A DNA stretch of 64,000 nt from Eledone cirrhosa (GCA_964016885.1 OZ024754.1:21204001-21268000); one strand, 5' to 3'; shown: positions 39,945 through 51,466, numbered from the stretch's first letter. Made by a program: numbers and translations. The notes: generated by a model from the sequence alone, not told the origin.

Positions 39945-40600
39945 GTGTAATAATAATAATGATAATAATAATGAAAATATTGTGTACAATGCTGAGGTGC
40001 ACTACAACTCATCAAAAGTGCATATATAATACATAGGGTAATATAAAAACGTCAGGAAAAAAGAACAGTGCATGAGTCATGATATACACATATGTGCATG
40101 TGTATGGAAGGGGGACATCAGGTGTAGTTTTGGTGTATTTCGGAATGTATGATGGTTTTAAAGGATGCAGTGTGTCATCAGCTAACAACTGATGCAGGAA
40201 GTTTGTTCCATCCTTCAGCAACTCTGAGCATGAAGAAATATTTCCTAAAGTCATGGGAGCTGTGTTGTTTTCTGACTTTGTAGGCATGTCCACGTGTTAG
40301 ACACATGGAGATCAAAAAGGTGTTCGGGGTTGTTGTTGGTCGGATGGTTAATAACTTTGTGGGTGTTTACCAAGTCCATTGCCAGAGGGAAGCAAAATAT
40401 TCAGGGTATGGTAGGTGTCTGATGGAGGGTATGCGCTTGGTTGCATGTCTCTGAACAGTTTCCAGGAGGTCAATGTTCTGAGCAAGATAGGGGTTCCAGA
40501 CTGATGACGCGAACTCCAAGTGTATTCGTACCATAGATGTATACAGCTTTAAATAGATGGCTGGAGAGCAGCTAATGAAGGTCTTGCTGATTGATGCCAA
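39945..40600 (-). mobile_element. CR1-group LINE 3' fragment
   Basis: LYTSMVRIHLEFASSVWNPY...LETVQRHATKRIP is typical of CR1-group RT C-termini; (TTA)n tail at ~39949-39972. Confidence 0.8.
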
Positions 40601-42095
40601 GTCAATCTTAATAAATTGACTGATTTATCTGTTCACTACTGCTAATCCACCGCTGTTTGTACAATTTTTTAGATAATGTCAATTTGAGCTTGAATCATTG
40701 GCGTAATGAAATTTGAAAAGATTATAAGCAAATCTTTTTTAAAATACACAGACAACATTTAACTGCATCGTTGCAACATTAGATCTAATAATGGAGCAAA
40801 ATTTGTGCAGAATTATTGTTTGTGCAATAAGATATTTTTTTTTCTCCTATTGTTGATTTAAATTTCATATGTCGATTATTATAGTTGAATTAATAAAAAA
40901 ATTAAATATTACATACAAATAGTTTAACATAATAATGAAAAAAATAATCCAACATAATAATAATAAAATAATTTAACACAAAACAAACAATATAGACAAA
41001 TATACAAGTAAATATGATACAACCAATATTATAAGCATGTTATATAAATAAATCTTGTAATTTAATATATAATAGTTAATAATTACTTTTACAAAAGCAT
41101 ATTATATTGGCAAATGGACAAGTAACTATTAACTAGATCATTCATATAAAAGTAAATAAAGGTTACAATCAATATTGGAAGGTGCATTATAAAGATATGT
41201 AAATAAAAAACGTTATAATTTATTTTAATATATTTTTAAAATATAAGACTAAAAAAAAAATTTTTAAAGAAAGCATAAAATACAAAACAAAATATAGTTG
41301 ACACCACACAATGTGCAGATATATAATTTTAGTCAGCCATATTAATCCAAAGTATTAGAGGATTTTTGTGTTGCTAAAAAAGGCACAAAAATAGTGTATG
41401 TATTTTCACATAAAAGGCTTTACCTTATATAATTATCTCATATAATATTGAATCTACGAGAGTTTTATGTTATTTGTTTTGAGAAAAATACCTTACTATC
41501 AGTATGAGTGGCTAATTATGGCCAGTTTGAATAGAAAGAGGCGAGAGAATTATGGTCGGATATGGTCTCTTTAAATGCTAAAGCGCTAGAGAGTTTCTGG
41601 TACAAAAATTAATACATTGGAATTTAAAATATAATACAACATTGAAAGTAGTTGATATAATGGATAAAAAATAAAAGATTTATAAAATTAGATAATAATA
41701 GATAAAAATATGCTTAATTTAAGATAAAATATTGATAAAATTATAATACATAAAAATTGATATCATACGGAGAGTATAGTTCAGTGACAAAATGGTCACA
41801 CGAATATGGTTGAGTGACATGTGTTTTCAATATTATATCTCAAAAGGCCATAGTAGCTGCAAACCAATTTCACAATTCCCCGAGGGTAAAAAAAACAGCA
41901 GACATTCACCATGAAGATAATATATCTCAATGGTGGGACTGGATTCATATTCTAATAAATTCAGAAATGCCCTAAAGAAATAGAAACAAAGCAATAGTTA
42001 GAGATAACAAGACATCTCTCAACCTCTGTTACTTTTTCTTAGGATCAAGCAAATTTTTCAAAAAATGCTTGCTGCTGTACATTGGCGGTGAAAGT

Positions 42096-45000
42096 TCAAT
42101 TCAACTTTTCTAAAAACAACAGGTAGTTGTTAAGCAGTTTCGACGGGAAACCTATATACTGCTTGGAAAAAACGGCATCGTTAATAATGTCCCATCTGTC
42201 CTGATTGCGGACGATGCTGGTGTAGTGCCCGGAGTCTGCACTAGCCAGTGAATGCAAGACGGAGCCGATTAGTCGGAATTTTTGGCCGTAAATGCTCTGC
42301 TTGTTCGGAGAGAAATTCATCAACTCAGAATCAATTCTGATCATCTGATTGTTTGTATATTCGAATCTATTCAAATAAACAACCAAGTAACGCATTGTGT
42401 TTGGAAATACATGGTTAACTGTACCAAAGTGCTCGGTGTCAATGCCACACAGATCGCATCTCTTAATGAGCGAAACATCAGTTTTGAGCAAGCTTTTGAA
42501 TTGCTGCCGACCATTAACAGGCTGCAACGTCAGATCAGACTTGACATCAGTTATATGTGTGCAAGTGCCACAGCCGTTGATCGATGCACAATAACATTCA
42601 TCATTGTGCAATCTGGGGCAATTGTGCTCGTGTTTTCTAGTGCAGCTGAGCCAAGTATTTTCCTCAAAGGTGAATAGTTGTTTAATTTTTTTAGAGAACA
42701 ACTGATAAATGTGCTTCCAAAAATCGTGCGCACACTGTTGGGTACCATTATTAAACCTGCCACCGAGAATATTTCTCAAATTTGCGACCGATTTAGTTCC
42801 AGATGACGATATAATATCGCTAATTTCACGAATAGCAACATCATCAGTGGACTGAATGTGTTCAACCAACAACACCAGCTGGCGTATAACTTGCATGGTG
42901 CTGTTTACAAAGCAAGCATTTCTCTCATTGATCAGCGAAATGTACGGCTTTGCAACCGTTTTCTCAGTTCTGGCCTTTTTTGGATTCGCCAAGTTGACCA
43001 TTCCACTGTCAATATTAATAGCAAATTTACTTTTTTTAGTTGCTTTTTTGGCCTGTCCAATACTGTTGGGCCTCACGTTACACAATGGAAGCGGTCCCAT
43101 ATTAATGGTCTCTCTCAAATAATTGTATTCTCTCCAAGCACTAGAGTCGCACATGATCAAACTCGTTGGATCAAGATCAATCAAGTAAACATTGCACAGT
43201 TTGCGGGCTCTAGACAAGGCTACATAGGCCATACCGTCTGCAAAAACGCCAGTGCCCAAATCAACAACGACTCCATCGACACTTATTCCCTGTGATTTGT
43301 GGATGGAAATTGCATATGCAATGCACAAGGGATATTGTTCTCTAGTGATAAAAACACTAGGAGACAATTCGTAATCGGCTTTGACACGTTTGATGGCAAC
43401 AATTTGGTTTGTACTCTCAAAGAGAACGTCAATGGAAGTAATTTTTCCAAACTCATAATTGAGTTGCTTTACAGTTCCCATTGCACCATTGCACAAGCCT
43501 TTCTCAAGATCGATGTTGCGTTTAAGCATAACTCGAGCATTAACGCCAACTTTAAGAACAGTTTCAAGGCCAGCAGTATCAGAAGTCTTTTTAGTGGTCA
43601 GCTTTTTTCTTATTGTTTTCTTTTGACATTTGGTTTGCCTCATATTCGAATCAATAGCCATAAGTTCAACGGTATTAATGCCAAGTTTATTGAGCATTGC
43701 AGCGTTAAACTTTTCTACTGACTCGTTTAGAGGCATGATACAGACGATACTCAAATTAGAAGTCTGTATCAGCTCACACATTTTGTAAGCAACCTGATCA
43801 ATGGAAGCTTTGCCGTTGAGATCAATTCTATGCTTATTTAGAATTTCAATATCTGAATCAAGTGGTGAACCCAGCCTTATTCGGCCGAGCATGTCAACAT
43901 AATTATCCAAGTCTTCTTTCTGACGCATGTTGACTGTCAACTCGTCGTACTTGAAGTACCTCCACAAATGGTGGCTGCTGACGCCTATGCATGATCTTTG
44001 TGCATCTTGGTGAGTAACTTTGTTAAACACCGGCTTTTCTCTAACAGGCGGTAATTGAAGCAAATCTCCAAAAACAACAATGTTCATTCGCCCGAAAGGA
44101 GAAATGCCTTGGGCAAAGTCACAAAACAATTGGCACAATCTCAAGTGAATGAATGCCAACTGCAAATGACTGACCATGCTAATCTCATCGATTATGATCA
44201 GTCGGACATATTGAAGCCCCATCCTCAGCATTTTCAAAAAGTCCTTTGGTAGATCATCGTACACGGGAGTTTTACCGTGCTGCACTTTGAGCTTTAGCAT
44301 TCGATGAACAGTCATGCCGTTGAGTTGGAAAGCAGCCATTCCTGTGGGTGCCGATATCACTACGCTCGGGCCATTGTCATTTGGATACATGTACTGAATT
44401 TTATCAGCCAGTACATTTATCAAAAAACTCTTGCCCGTGCCACCAACACCTGAAACAAATTTCAAGACTTGTGGACAATCATCGCAACTACATCTCGGAT
44501 AAGGTTTGCTGTTGTCCCAATGTTTGTCTTGTTTGTCAATACCGGCAACGATATCGTCATAAATTTTTCTTTGCACTTCATTCAGTTTATTTTCTTTATG
44601 CCTCAGTGCATCCTCATTGACATCTCTCATGCAAGGCAAATCGACATTAGCATCATCAACTGCCAACGCCTCCATGTGATCACCGCAAGAATGGTCATCA
44701 TTATCATGAGACTGAGGTTCGTTTTGAATATGTTTGGCTTGTTCCAGCGCATTCTCCAAACGTTTGCGCACATTCTGGAACCTGACCATTTCAGATAAAT
44801 GGTTTGCACACTGTTCAAAAGACTCTTTATAAGTCTCACAACCTCCCAGCAAGTCTTTTTCCTCGTCTCGCCAAGGTTTAAAGAGTATAAGCAGGTTGTG
44901 GTGATAGCGCTCACAGGTATCTGCAGTCAATCTAATGTTTGGCGACTTCACAATCCGCTCTTTCACAGATTTGAAATAGCCAAGATTATTTCTCAACCTG

Positions 45001-45305
45001 AAGTCGTCATCAAAATTGCTGTTACCAATTGGATTCACATGTTCGTATTTACTCGCAAGTTCATACAAACACATGTGCTCCATCGAATCAGGCCTGTTTG
45101 GATACCAATTTTCGACCATATTCTCGTAATAAAGATCGGTAGAATACGGTTTCAATTTATCCAGTTCATACTGAGGCCTGAACCTGTGGGATCGGTAACT
45201 AGGCAAATCGGCCCCAATCCAAATGAGGCTTTCAGAGCATCCATAAAAATGGTGGCCAAGCAATTTGTCTGCAGCCTCATAGGCACCTGTATCACGCTTG
45301 CCCAT
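42096..45305 (-). CDS. C-terminal part of Helitron-class RepHel: PIF1-family helicase fused to USP (peptidase C19)-like domain
   Basis: SGVGGTGKS, IIIDEISMV, FGDLLQLPPV, YAISIHKSQG, YVALSRA; then LINERNACFVNSTMQ, QQCAHDF, SGHYTSIVR...WDIINDA. In frame with the upstream ORF. Confidence 0.9.
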   Translation of the reverse strand: MGKRDTGAYEAADKLLGHHFYGCSESLIWIGADLPSYRSHRFRPQYELDKLKPYSTDLYYENMVENWYPNRPDSMEHMCLYELASKYEHVNPIGNSNFDDDFRLRNNLGYFKSVKERIVKSPNIRLTADTCERYHHNLLILFKPWRDEEKDLLGGCETYKESFEQCANHLSEMVRFQNVRKRLENALEQAKHIQNEPQSHDNDDHSCGDHMEALAVDDANVDLPCMRDVNEDALRHKENKLNEVQRKIYDDIVAGIDKQDKHWDNSKPYPRCSCDDCPQVLKFVSGVGGTGKSFLINVLADKIQYMYPNDNGPSVVISAPTGMAAFQLNGMTVHRMLKLKVQHGKTPVYDDLPKDFLKMLRMGLQYVRLIIIDEISMVSHLQLAFIHLRLCQLFCDFAQGISPFGRMNIVVFGDLLQLPPVREKPVFNKVTHQDAQRSCIGVSSHHLWRYFKYDELTVNMRQKEDLDNYVDMLGRIRLGSPLDSDIEILNKHRIDLNGKASIDQVAYKMCELIQTSNLSIVCIMPLNESVEKFNAAMLNKLGINTVELMAIDSNMRQTKCQKKTIRKKLTTKKTSDTAGLETVLKVGVNARVMLKRNIDLEKGLCNGAMGTVKQLNYEFGKITSIDVLFESTNQIVAIKRVKADYELSPSVFITREQYPLCIAYAISIHKSQGISVDGVVVDLGTGVFADGMAYVALSRARKLCNVYLIDLDPTSLIMCDSSAWREYNYLRETINMGPLPLCNVRPNSIGQAKKATKKSKFAINIDSGMVNLANPKKARTEKTVAKPYISLINERNACFVNSTMQVIRQLVLLVEHIQSTDDVAIREISDIISSSGTKSVANLRNILGGRFNNGTQQCAHDFWKHIYQLFSKKIKQLFTFEENTWLSCTRKHEHNCPRLHNDECYCASINGCGTCTHITDVKSDLTLQPVNGRQQFKSLLKTDVSLIKRCDLCGIDTEHFGTVNHVFPNTMRYLVVYLNRFEYTNNQMIRIDSELMNFSPNKQSIYGQKFRLIGSVLHSLASADSGHYTSIVRNQDRWDIINDAVFSKQYIGFPSKLLNNYLLFLEKLN

Positions 45306-45419
45306 CAGCTTAAGTCCGACACTCTTGTATCTGGAGTAAATGGACTTGGACTTGTCAATCTCAGCCCAAATACCTTCAGTTTCAGTCTTTTCGGACTTTG
45401 TCTGATAACTAGTAACATA

Positions 45420-48400
45420 TCAGTTTAGAATCATGCTATCTTCACCGATGTATTGGATATCGACATTAGCTTTCCAGACATACAGAACAACAGGATTGTA
45501 GTCATTGATGCACTCTTCCCCTTGTCGTCTGTCAAGCTTGTACAACTTTTTGACAGCTCTACCTTTGTGTCGAGATTTTATGCACTCGTTGACGCTAAGC
45601 AAATTGAAATTCCCGATAGGACGAGGAAATCCAAACCTGCATCGAGTGTAAAAACGACCACTCGAAAATATTTGCCTTTTGCAGGATCCACTACACACAT
45701 GTCGTTGAAAACGCAACACCAAGTCTGACAAAACGGGGCTTTCTACATTGGACGGCATGCGACATGTGATCATGGACTGTATAAACGTCTGAATAGCATA
45801 CTTGTCGTCTCTGTCCATAATAGGGCCATCTTTAATCCATAATTTCATATGAACATGCGGAGCACCTCTCATTTGGTATTCCAACCTCCAAAAAAAGTGC
45901 TCGACAATACCAAACGGAGAATTGGTATGTTTAACAACTTCTTTCATAAAGGTGGTGAACCGATGGTGAAAATGTTCGCTAACAGCCACCACGTCATCCG
46001 CGCACAACTCATTGGTGCGTTTTCCAGAAATGTCTGGTATGTCAGCATTCAACTTTTCCAGGAACTCTCTCAGATCAGGCCAAAAGTACTCTGCACAAGA
46101 CAAAGTTAAGAACAAGTGGGCCGGGCCAAATTTCTCGTCCATAGCCATCAAGTCTGAACATTTTCTAGACCAAAACTGCTTGGAACCACGGACATTGGCC
46201 ATCATCATATTTAAATTGCCCTCTAGGTGCCTGTCATTTTCATGAAGCCGCCTTCTAAACTCGCTTATAGTCATGCGGCTGTTTTTGGTGGTCTTCATGA
46301 TGGCATATATACCAGAATCAATGCCTCTCTTGTCGGCTTTATCAAGACAAAACATGAGATATTGTATATCTCGCCGAAATCTAGAGTCGCTATGATTCAG
46401 TCTGTTTCTTATGAACATGTATGGCTTTACAGCGCCAAACGGTCTATTGTCCACGAAAATGCCAAACTGACCAGTTGGATAAAGACAAGGAAAGCACAAC
46501 AACTCAAGTTTTTTATCATTGTCTGCAATGAAATCGCCTTCCACTCTTTTCATTTTGTACAAAGCCAAGTCAGTGTCTGCAGGGAGACACGGATTCATGT
46601 CTTTAACAGTGTGATGCTCATAGGTAATGCCAGCATTCGATTTAAGTAAAAGATTATCGAATTTGGCATTATTAACTCCCGAGCACTCGACAATGTTTTC
46701 ATTTTCCGTATCGGCGTAGCGATTGATCTTAACATCGGCATACATTACATTGTTTGCTGCAAGCCAATCAAGTGCCTTCAATACTTTACTCATGTCTACC
46801 ATTGAACGCCAGATAATTTGTTTCCGCGAAGGCAAGCTATCAACGACTATTTTAAGCATGTCGTCTTGAAGCGCAGGTAACGTATCCATGGTGCGGTTAA
46901 TAGTTCCGTCCATAGGCAAAGGCAAGTGAATTGCAATTCCTTTAATAGCGGAAATGCATGCTGAAATATTGCCTTTGAATGAGTATGGCACCAGTTTTAT
47001 TACATTGACGAAACATTTGGCCCGTTGTACAAGTATTCGCTCATATGTATTAAGATCAGCAAGTTCTTTGGGAACGGCAGCAACGCCCAAGCCATTTATT
47101 GAGGCCATTGAAGGCACCCCACTGTTTCGCAAATGTGTAGTGCATGTTGTGCAGACTGTGCAAGGCAAAGAGTAGTTGGCAGTTATTGCATCCTTTGCAA
47201 CGGCCGTTTTAAAATATCTAGAGTTCCAATTATCCCAAACTTTTAGTTCCTTGCTATATTTGTGCAGTTTGCAGATATGACAATGTTGGATTTTATAGTT
47301 GGTAATTTCAGATTGAAATCTTTGAACTTGATTACCATATTTATGAATGACATCTGCATCAGTGTGTTCGACATCATTGAAACCAGTGCACATATTATTG
47401 AATTTAACTGCAATAGCACGCTCAATGTTGGCAACGTCTGTCAAATTCTCAAAGTTGGTCCAATCGCCATTGAAAACAGCTTCATTGTACTTGTTGAGCC
47501 AAATACATAAGGACCGAACTTTATAAATTTTCCTCAGCAATGTGCGCAACTTTGGCGAGTGAACTGCTATGGATTTTAAAAAGCCAAATTCACTGGTGCA
47601 GCCAGTTTGACCGATGCAGTGCTGATCATTATCATGAGTAACATTGCAAAACTCATATTTCTCGATCAACTGCCTTATTTCAGCAACTGTCATATCGGGA
47701 TTGAGTTTTGGAAGTTTATCATCAATTCTTTGGCACAAAGTTAGACGAGTAGCTGAGTCATTTGGACATGTATCTAATATGGAAGACCCGCAAGGTCTAA
47801 CCAAACATTTAGACACATCATTATCATCATTCTGCTCGTCAGCATTAGCCATGTCATTCACAATGTTGTCTGTCTCCTTATTATTGATAACGACTATTCG
47901 GACTTTCTCAACGGACTGATTTTTAAACTCATCCATTTTCATGTACTTTGCAGTGCTCTTGTCAAAATTAGGAAGCTCATTGGTGGAACTGTGATAATGT
48001 TGATTTCCCCAATAATGCAACAAACCGTTAGCATTGATCTTTTCCATCAATGTATGCACAGCTTTAACATTTATTTTTAATTGAGCACACACAAAATTTC
48101 GCATCCCAACAGATCTGGAGAACACACTCAGCACGTGACTATATGCGTCGTTGCGAAGATTGGTATCTGTTATTGTCTTTTTATATGACTTAACAAATTG
48201 GGACATCAAGATCTGATGCTGCATCCGGAAGTCAACCATTTTATTTAGTTTCTTCATTTGATACAAAGACCGCTTATGAAGAAACTTTTTTTTATAATAT
48301 GTTTTCTCATAAGACTGTATATTATCTTTATGGTGAATTTTATACATAGCCTTTGTTTGTAATACTTTGTCTTGATTTGCAGATCTGTACTTGGTCTGCT

Positions 48401-48773
48401 CTTTAGCCAACTCGGTACGTTTAGAAGCTCTACGCTCGGCTTGCTTTTGAGATATAATAGCTGAATTTGCAGATCTATACTTGGCCTGCTTGTTTGCCAA
48501 CTCATACCGTTTTGAACATCTATACTTGGCCTGTTTTTGTCTCAACTTCTCCCGATTCCGCATCCGGTAAGCTGCTTTCACATCCAATTTAATATGCCCA
48601 TCTAGATTATTAGCACAGGAATGTGAACAAGCTTGTGGGACCGCATCATTGTAAGTATATGAACTGCCTGCAACATCAAGACCCAATTCACAAGTGCAGC
48701 GTTGCTCATTCACATCGGCAGTGGGGACACCAAAATCAGTGACAGGTCTCGATTCACTCGCGAGATACATCAC
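45420..48773 (-). CDS. N-terminal part of Helitron-class RepHel (HUH Rep)
   Basis: RGSKQFW...FGPAHLFLTLSCAE, WRLEYQMRGAPHVHMKLW (HUH), CRFGFPRP, INDYNP...ANVDIQYI; Cys pairs and a VPKELADLNTYERILV segment upstream. Ends at a TGA just before YVTSYQTK. Confidence 0.9.
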   Translation of the reverse strand: MMYLASESRPVTDFGVPTADVNEQRCTCELGLDVAGSSYTYNDAVPQACSHSCANNLDGHIKLDVKAAYRMRNREKLRQKQAKYRCSKRYELANKQAKYRSANSAIISQKQAERRASKRTELAKEQTKYRSANQDKVLQTKAMYKIHHKDNIQSYEKTYYKKKFLHKRSLYQMKKLNKMVDFRMQHQILMSQFVKSYKKTITDTNLRNDAYSHVLSVFSRSVGMRNFVCAQLKINVKAVHTLMEKINANGLLHYWGNQHYHSSTNELPNFDKSTAKYMKMDEFKNQSVEKVRIVVINNKETDNIVNDMANADEQNDDNDVSKCLVRPCGSSILDTCPNDSATRLTLCQRIDDKLPKLNPDMTVAEIRQLIEKYEFCNVTHDNDQHCIGQTGCTSEFGFLKSIAVHSPKLRTLLRKIYKVRSLCIWLNKYNEAVFNGDWTNFENLTDVANIERAIAVKFNNMCTGFNDVEHTDADVIHKYGNQVQRFQSEITNYKIQHCHICKLHKYSKELKVWDNWNSRYFKTAVAKDAITANYSLPCTVCTTCTTHLRNSGVPSMASINGLGVAAVPKELADLNTYERILVQRAKCFVNVIKLVPYSFKGNISACISAIKGIAIHLPLPMDGTINRTMDTLPALQDDMLKIVVDSLPSRKQIIWRSMVDMSKVLKALDWLAANNVMYADVKINRYADTENENIVECSGVNNAKFDNLLLKSNAGITYEHHTVKDMNPCLPADTDLALYKMKRVEGDFIADNDKKLELLCFPCLYPTGQFGIFVDNRPFGAVKPYMFIRNRLNHSDSRFRRDIQYLMFCLDKADKRGIDSGIYAIMKTTKNSRMTISEFRRRLHENDRHLEGNLNMMMANVRGSKQFWSRKCSDLMAMDEKFGPAHLFLTLSCAEYFWPDLREFLEKLNADIPDISGKRTNELCADDVVAVSEHFHHRFTTFMKEVVKHTNSPFGIVEHFFWRLEYQMRGAPHVHMKLWIKDGPIMDRDDKYAIQTFIQSMITCRMPSNVESPVLSDLVLRFQRHVCSGSCKRQIFSSGRFYTRCRFGFPRPIGNFNLLSVNECIKSRHKGRAVKKLYKLDRRQGEECINDYNPVVLYVWKANVDIQYIGEDSMILN

Positions 48774-48833
48774 AGCTACACTATATATTTAAACATATAT
48801 ACAGTGATACCTCGCTACTTGGCGGTTCATACG

Positions 48834-48878
<45 letters not shown>

Positions 48879-48966
48879 TAAGTAATTAATACCGTATAAA
48901 TGGTACAAAGACTGTTTATGTAAAATGTATTTCTCAACAGAGCATTGAATACTTAGGAGAAATTCA

Positions 48967-49131
48967 AAACGAAGAGTGATAAAATTTTCAAGCAAAGAGT
49001 TTAATTAGGTAATGACTTACAAATTTGTTTCAGTATATAGACAAAGCCTGAAGCGTTAATTATAATAATTAGTTAATAATATTACAAAATATACCTAATT
49101 AAACTCTTTGCTTGAAATTTTATCATTCTTC

Positions 49132-49135
<4 letters not shown>
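48967..49135. repeat. Inverted repeat (~45-bp arms) between (TA)n tracts
   Basis: aaacgaagagtgataaaattttcaagcaaagagtttaattaggta / tacctaattaaactctttgcttgaaattttatcattcttcgttt. Confidence 0.85.
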
Positions 49136-49220
<85 letters not shown>

Positions 49221-50575
49221 GAGATTTATCTAGTCCTTCGCTCAAGATTAATCTATAAGTTTAGATGTTTGCCTTCGTTTAAGTAAATATTACAGTAAGA
49301 TTTTTAATATAAACAACTACAAAAAACAATTAATATTAAAACGAAAAAATTATCAATGATAAAAGAAGCGGATGCAACTTTTTTTTTTATAAAGTTATAT
49401 TCCTGTTTCTTTAAAGAACATTTCATTTTTGTTCTATTGTAGGCGAAATAATGCAATGGTTTAATAGGGAAGATATAACTTACGAATTATGTCTCTAACC
49501 GTGTAACGCTTTTTAAGTAGATAACTACAATTGAAAATACTAAAGAAATGGAACCAACAATTCAATTTGAAAGTCGTCTAGTGACAGTGTATTACTGGTA
49601 CTTTATTTTATCGACCCCGTAACGATGAAAGGCAAAAATGCAAATGCTTAAAATTTAAATTGCCTTAATTCTATCGTCTGCTGTTTCATTAAAGGGAGAT
49701 TATCGTCTGTATTTAATTCTATCGTCTACTGTTCCACTAAACAGATATACCTCCACTATCGTCTCTATTTATACATTTTAACTTATAACTTATACACATT
49801 TGATTTGAAATATTTTATCTAGTCCCCCCTCTCAATATTATGATGATTTCTTTCGAATGAAACAGTTCTAGTCCTGTAGAAGCCATTTATATATATAATT
49901 GAACTGAGTTAAAAATTCACAATATTTATAATTAAATAAGCTCATATATATATGTGTGTATTTATCTGTTTATTGTATTATATATAATGTGTGTATATAC
50001 AGGATGTCCCCCAAAAATATATACACACTTCAACAGCATTCTAATAACTATTGCCTGTACAGGTAATCAAAGTGTCAATCGAATGTTAGTTTCGTGTTTT
50101 AACAGTACAAATTTACAATACACACATAAAACCAGTGTATATACATACATGAGTGTGTATACACATACATGAATGTGTATATACAATATATATGTATATA
50201 TATATATATAGACACATATATTCACGGTGCAACGGTACATTAAAATATAGATGCGGGAGAGGGGGGGGTGTATATATAGGGGCGCTGGGGATAAAGGAGT
50301 GTAAAGCGTGTGTAATTGATATATTGAAGGAGAGGAGCGTGCAGCGACAGAGTAACAAATATATAGAGAGGGGGAGAGATGGTATTGAAGGGGAGGAGTG
50401 CAAAGCGAAAGAGTAAGAGATATAAATAGAGACGGAACAGATAGAGAGAAACAGGCGTAAGTAACAGTGGAAGAGATATAGAGAGAGGTACTCTGATTGG
50501 TTGAAAATTAGCCAATGACATACGATCACCACCACGGCTATCCCCGAAAAATTTTTAGATAAGCTAGGCATATAT

Positions 50576-50628
50576 GTTAGAACACGAAAAGTGAACATTC
50601 TGTTGTTTCACACTTTTCGTGTTCTAAC
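50576..50628. repeat. Perfect 18-bp stem hairpin
   Basis: gttagaacacgaaaagtg ... cacttttcgtgttctaac. Confidence 0.85.
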
Positions 50629-51409
50629 AGATACTCCACCCTGATTACACCTTCAGATTTATGCCTGTGATTGTTGGGGCACTGGGGTATGTTAGTAACT
50701 GCCTCAATACAAATCTTGAGTAGCTAGGCTTCACAGGAACAGAAAGAACACAACTAGTTAGGAAATTACAAGTACAATCCATTAATGGAACAGTAAAAAT
50801 ATGTAAAACATTCCAAAAATGTTGCATCTAATAACTGCATATACACATGTACAGATACAAAGCATATACACATGCACACATACAACTCAAAACATCCACA
50901 TCCACACATACAATAACATCCATATCTACACATGCATGCATACATACATATCTACCTAGTTGATGTTGTGTAAATTCCAATGGGAGAGTCTTGTGTCTAT
51001 CTTAGAAACCGACTCTCTCTCTCTATTGGTAAAACTTTGTGAAATTATAAAACCAGAAGAACATACATACATGCATATATACAGTATTCTACATCTGAAA
51101 CACATTTGTCTTGAAAATAATTTATTGGACTAGTGGGGGGGGGTAGAGAGGAGGAGGAGATGAGTGTGAGGGAGATAGGGAAGAGAGGAGATTGGGTGAG
51201 GAAAGGAGGGAGAAGAAGGGTAGAGAGATGGGATTGAGGGGCTATGGGTGGGGGTAGATGGGAGGGGGAGATATAGGGAAGAAGAGGGTAGAGTAGGGAG
51301 ATGGGATAGAGGGAAAGGAGGGAGCGAGAGAGGTGAGGGTAAAACAGAAAAACAACTTCATATTTGGTGAAAAACTATCAGCCCAAAACTAATTATAATC
51401 AACAGTAAG

Positions 51410-51466
<57 letters not shown>

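Noticed and set aside
42282-48505. Plus-strand and alternate-frame ORFs overlapping RepHel, and similar ones over the LINEs
   Set aside because: Antisense shadows with no recognisable motifs.
42096-48773. Host PIF1 or host USP gene
   Set aside because: In frame with an HUH Rep domain, intronless, and embedded in repeats.
48800-48830. Pogo/Tc1-like TIR start (TA-CAGTGATACCTCG) just upstream of the RepHel ORF
   Set aside because: No partner TIR found; too short to call, though it may mean the element 5' end is truncated.
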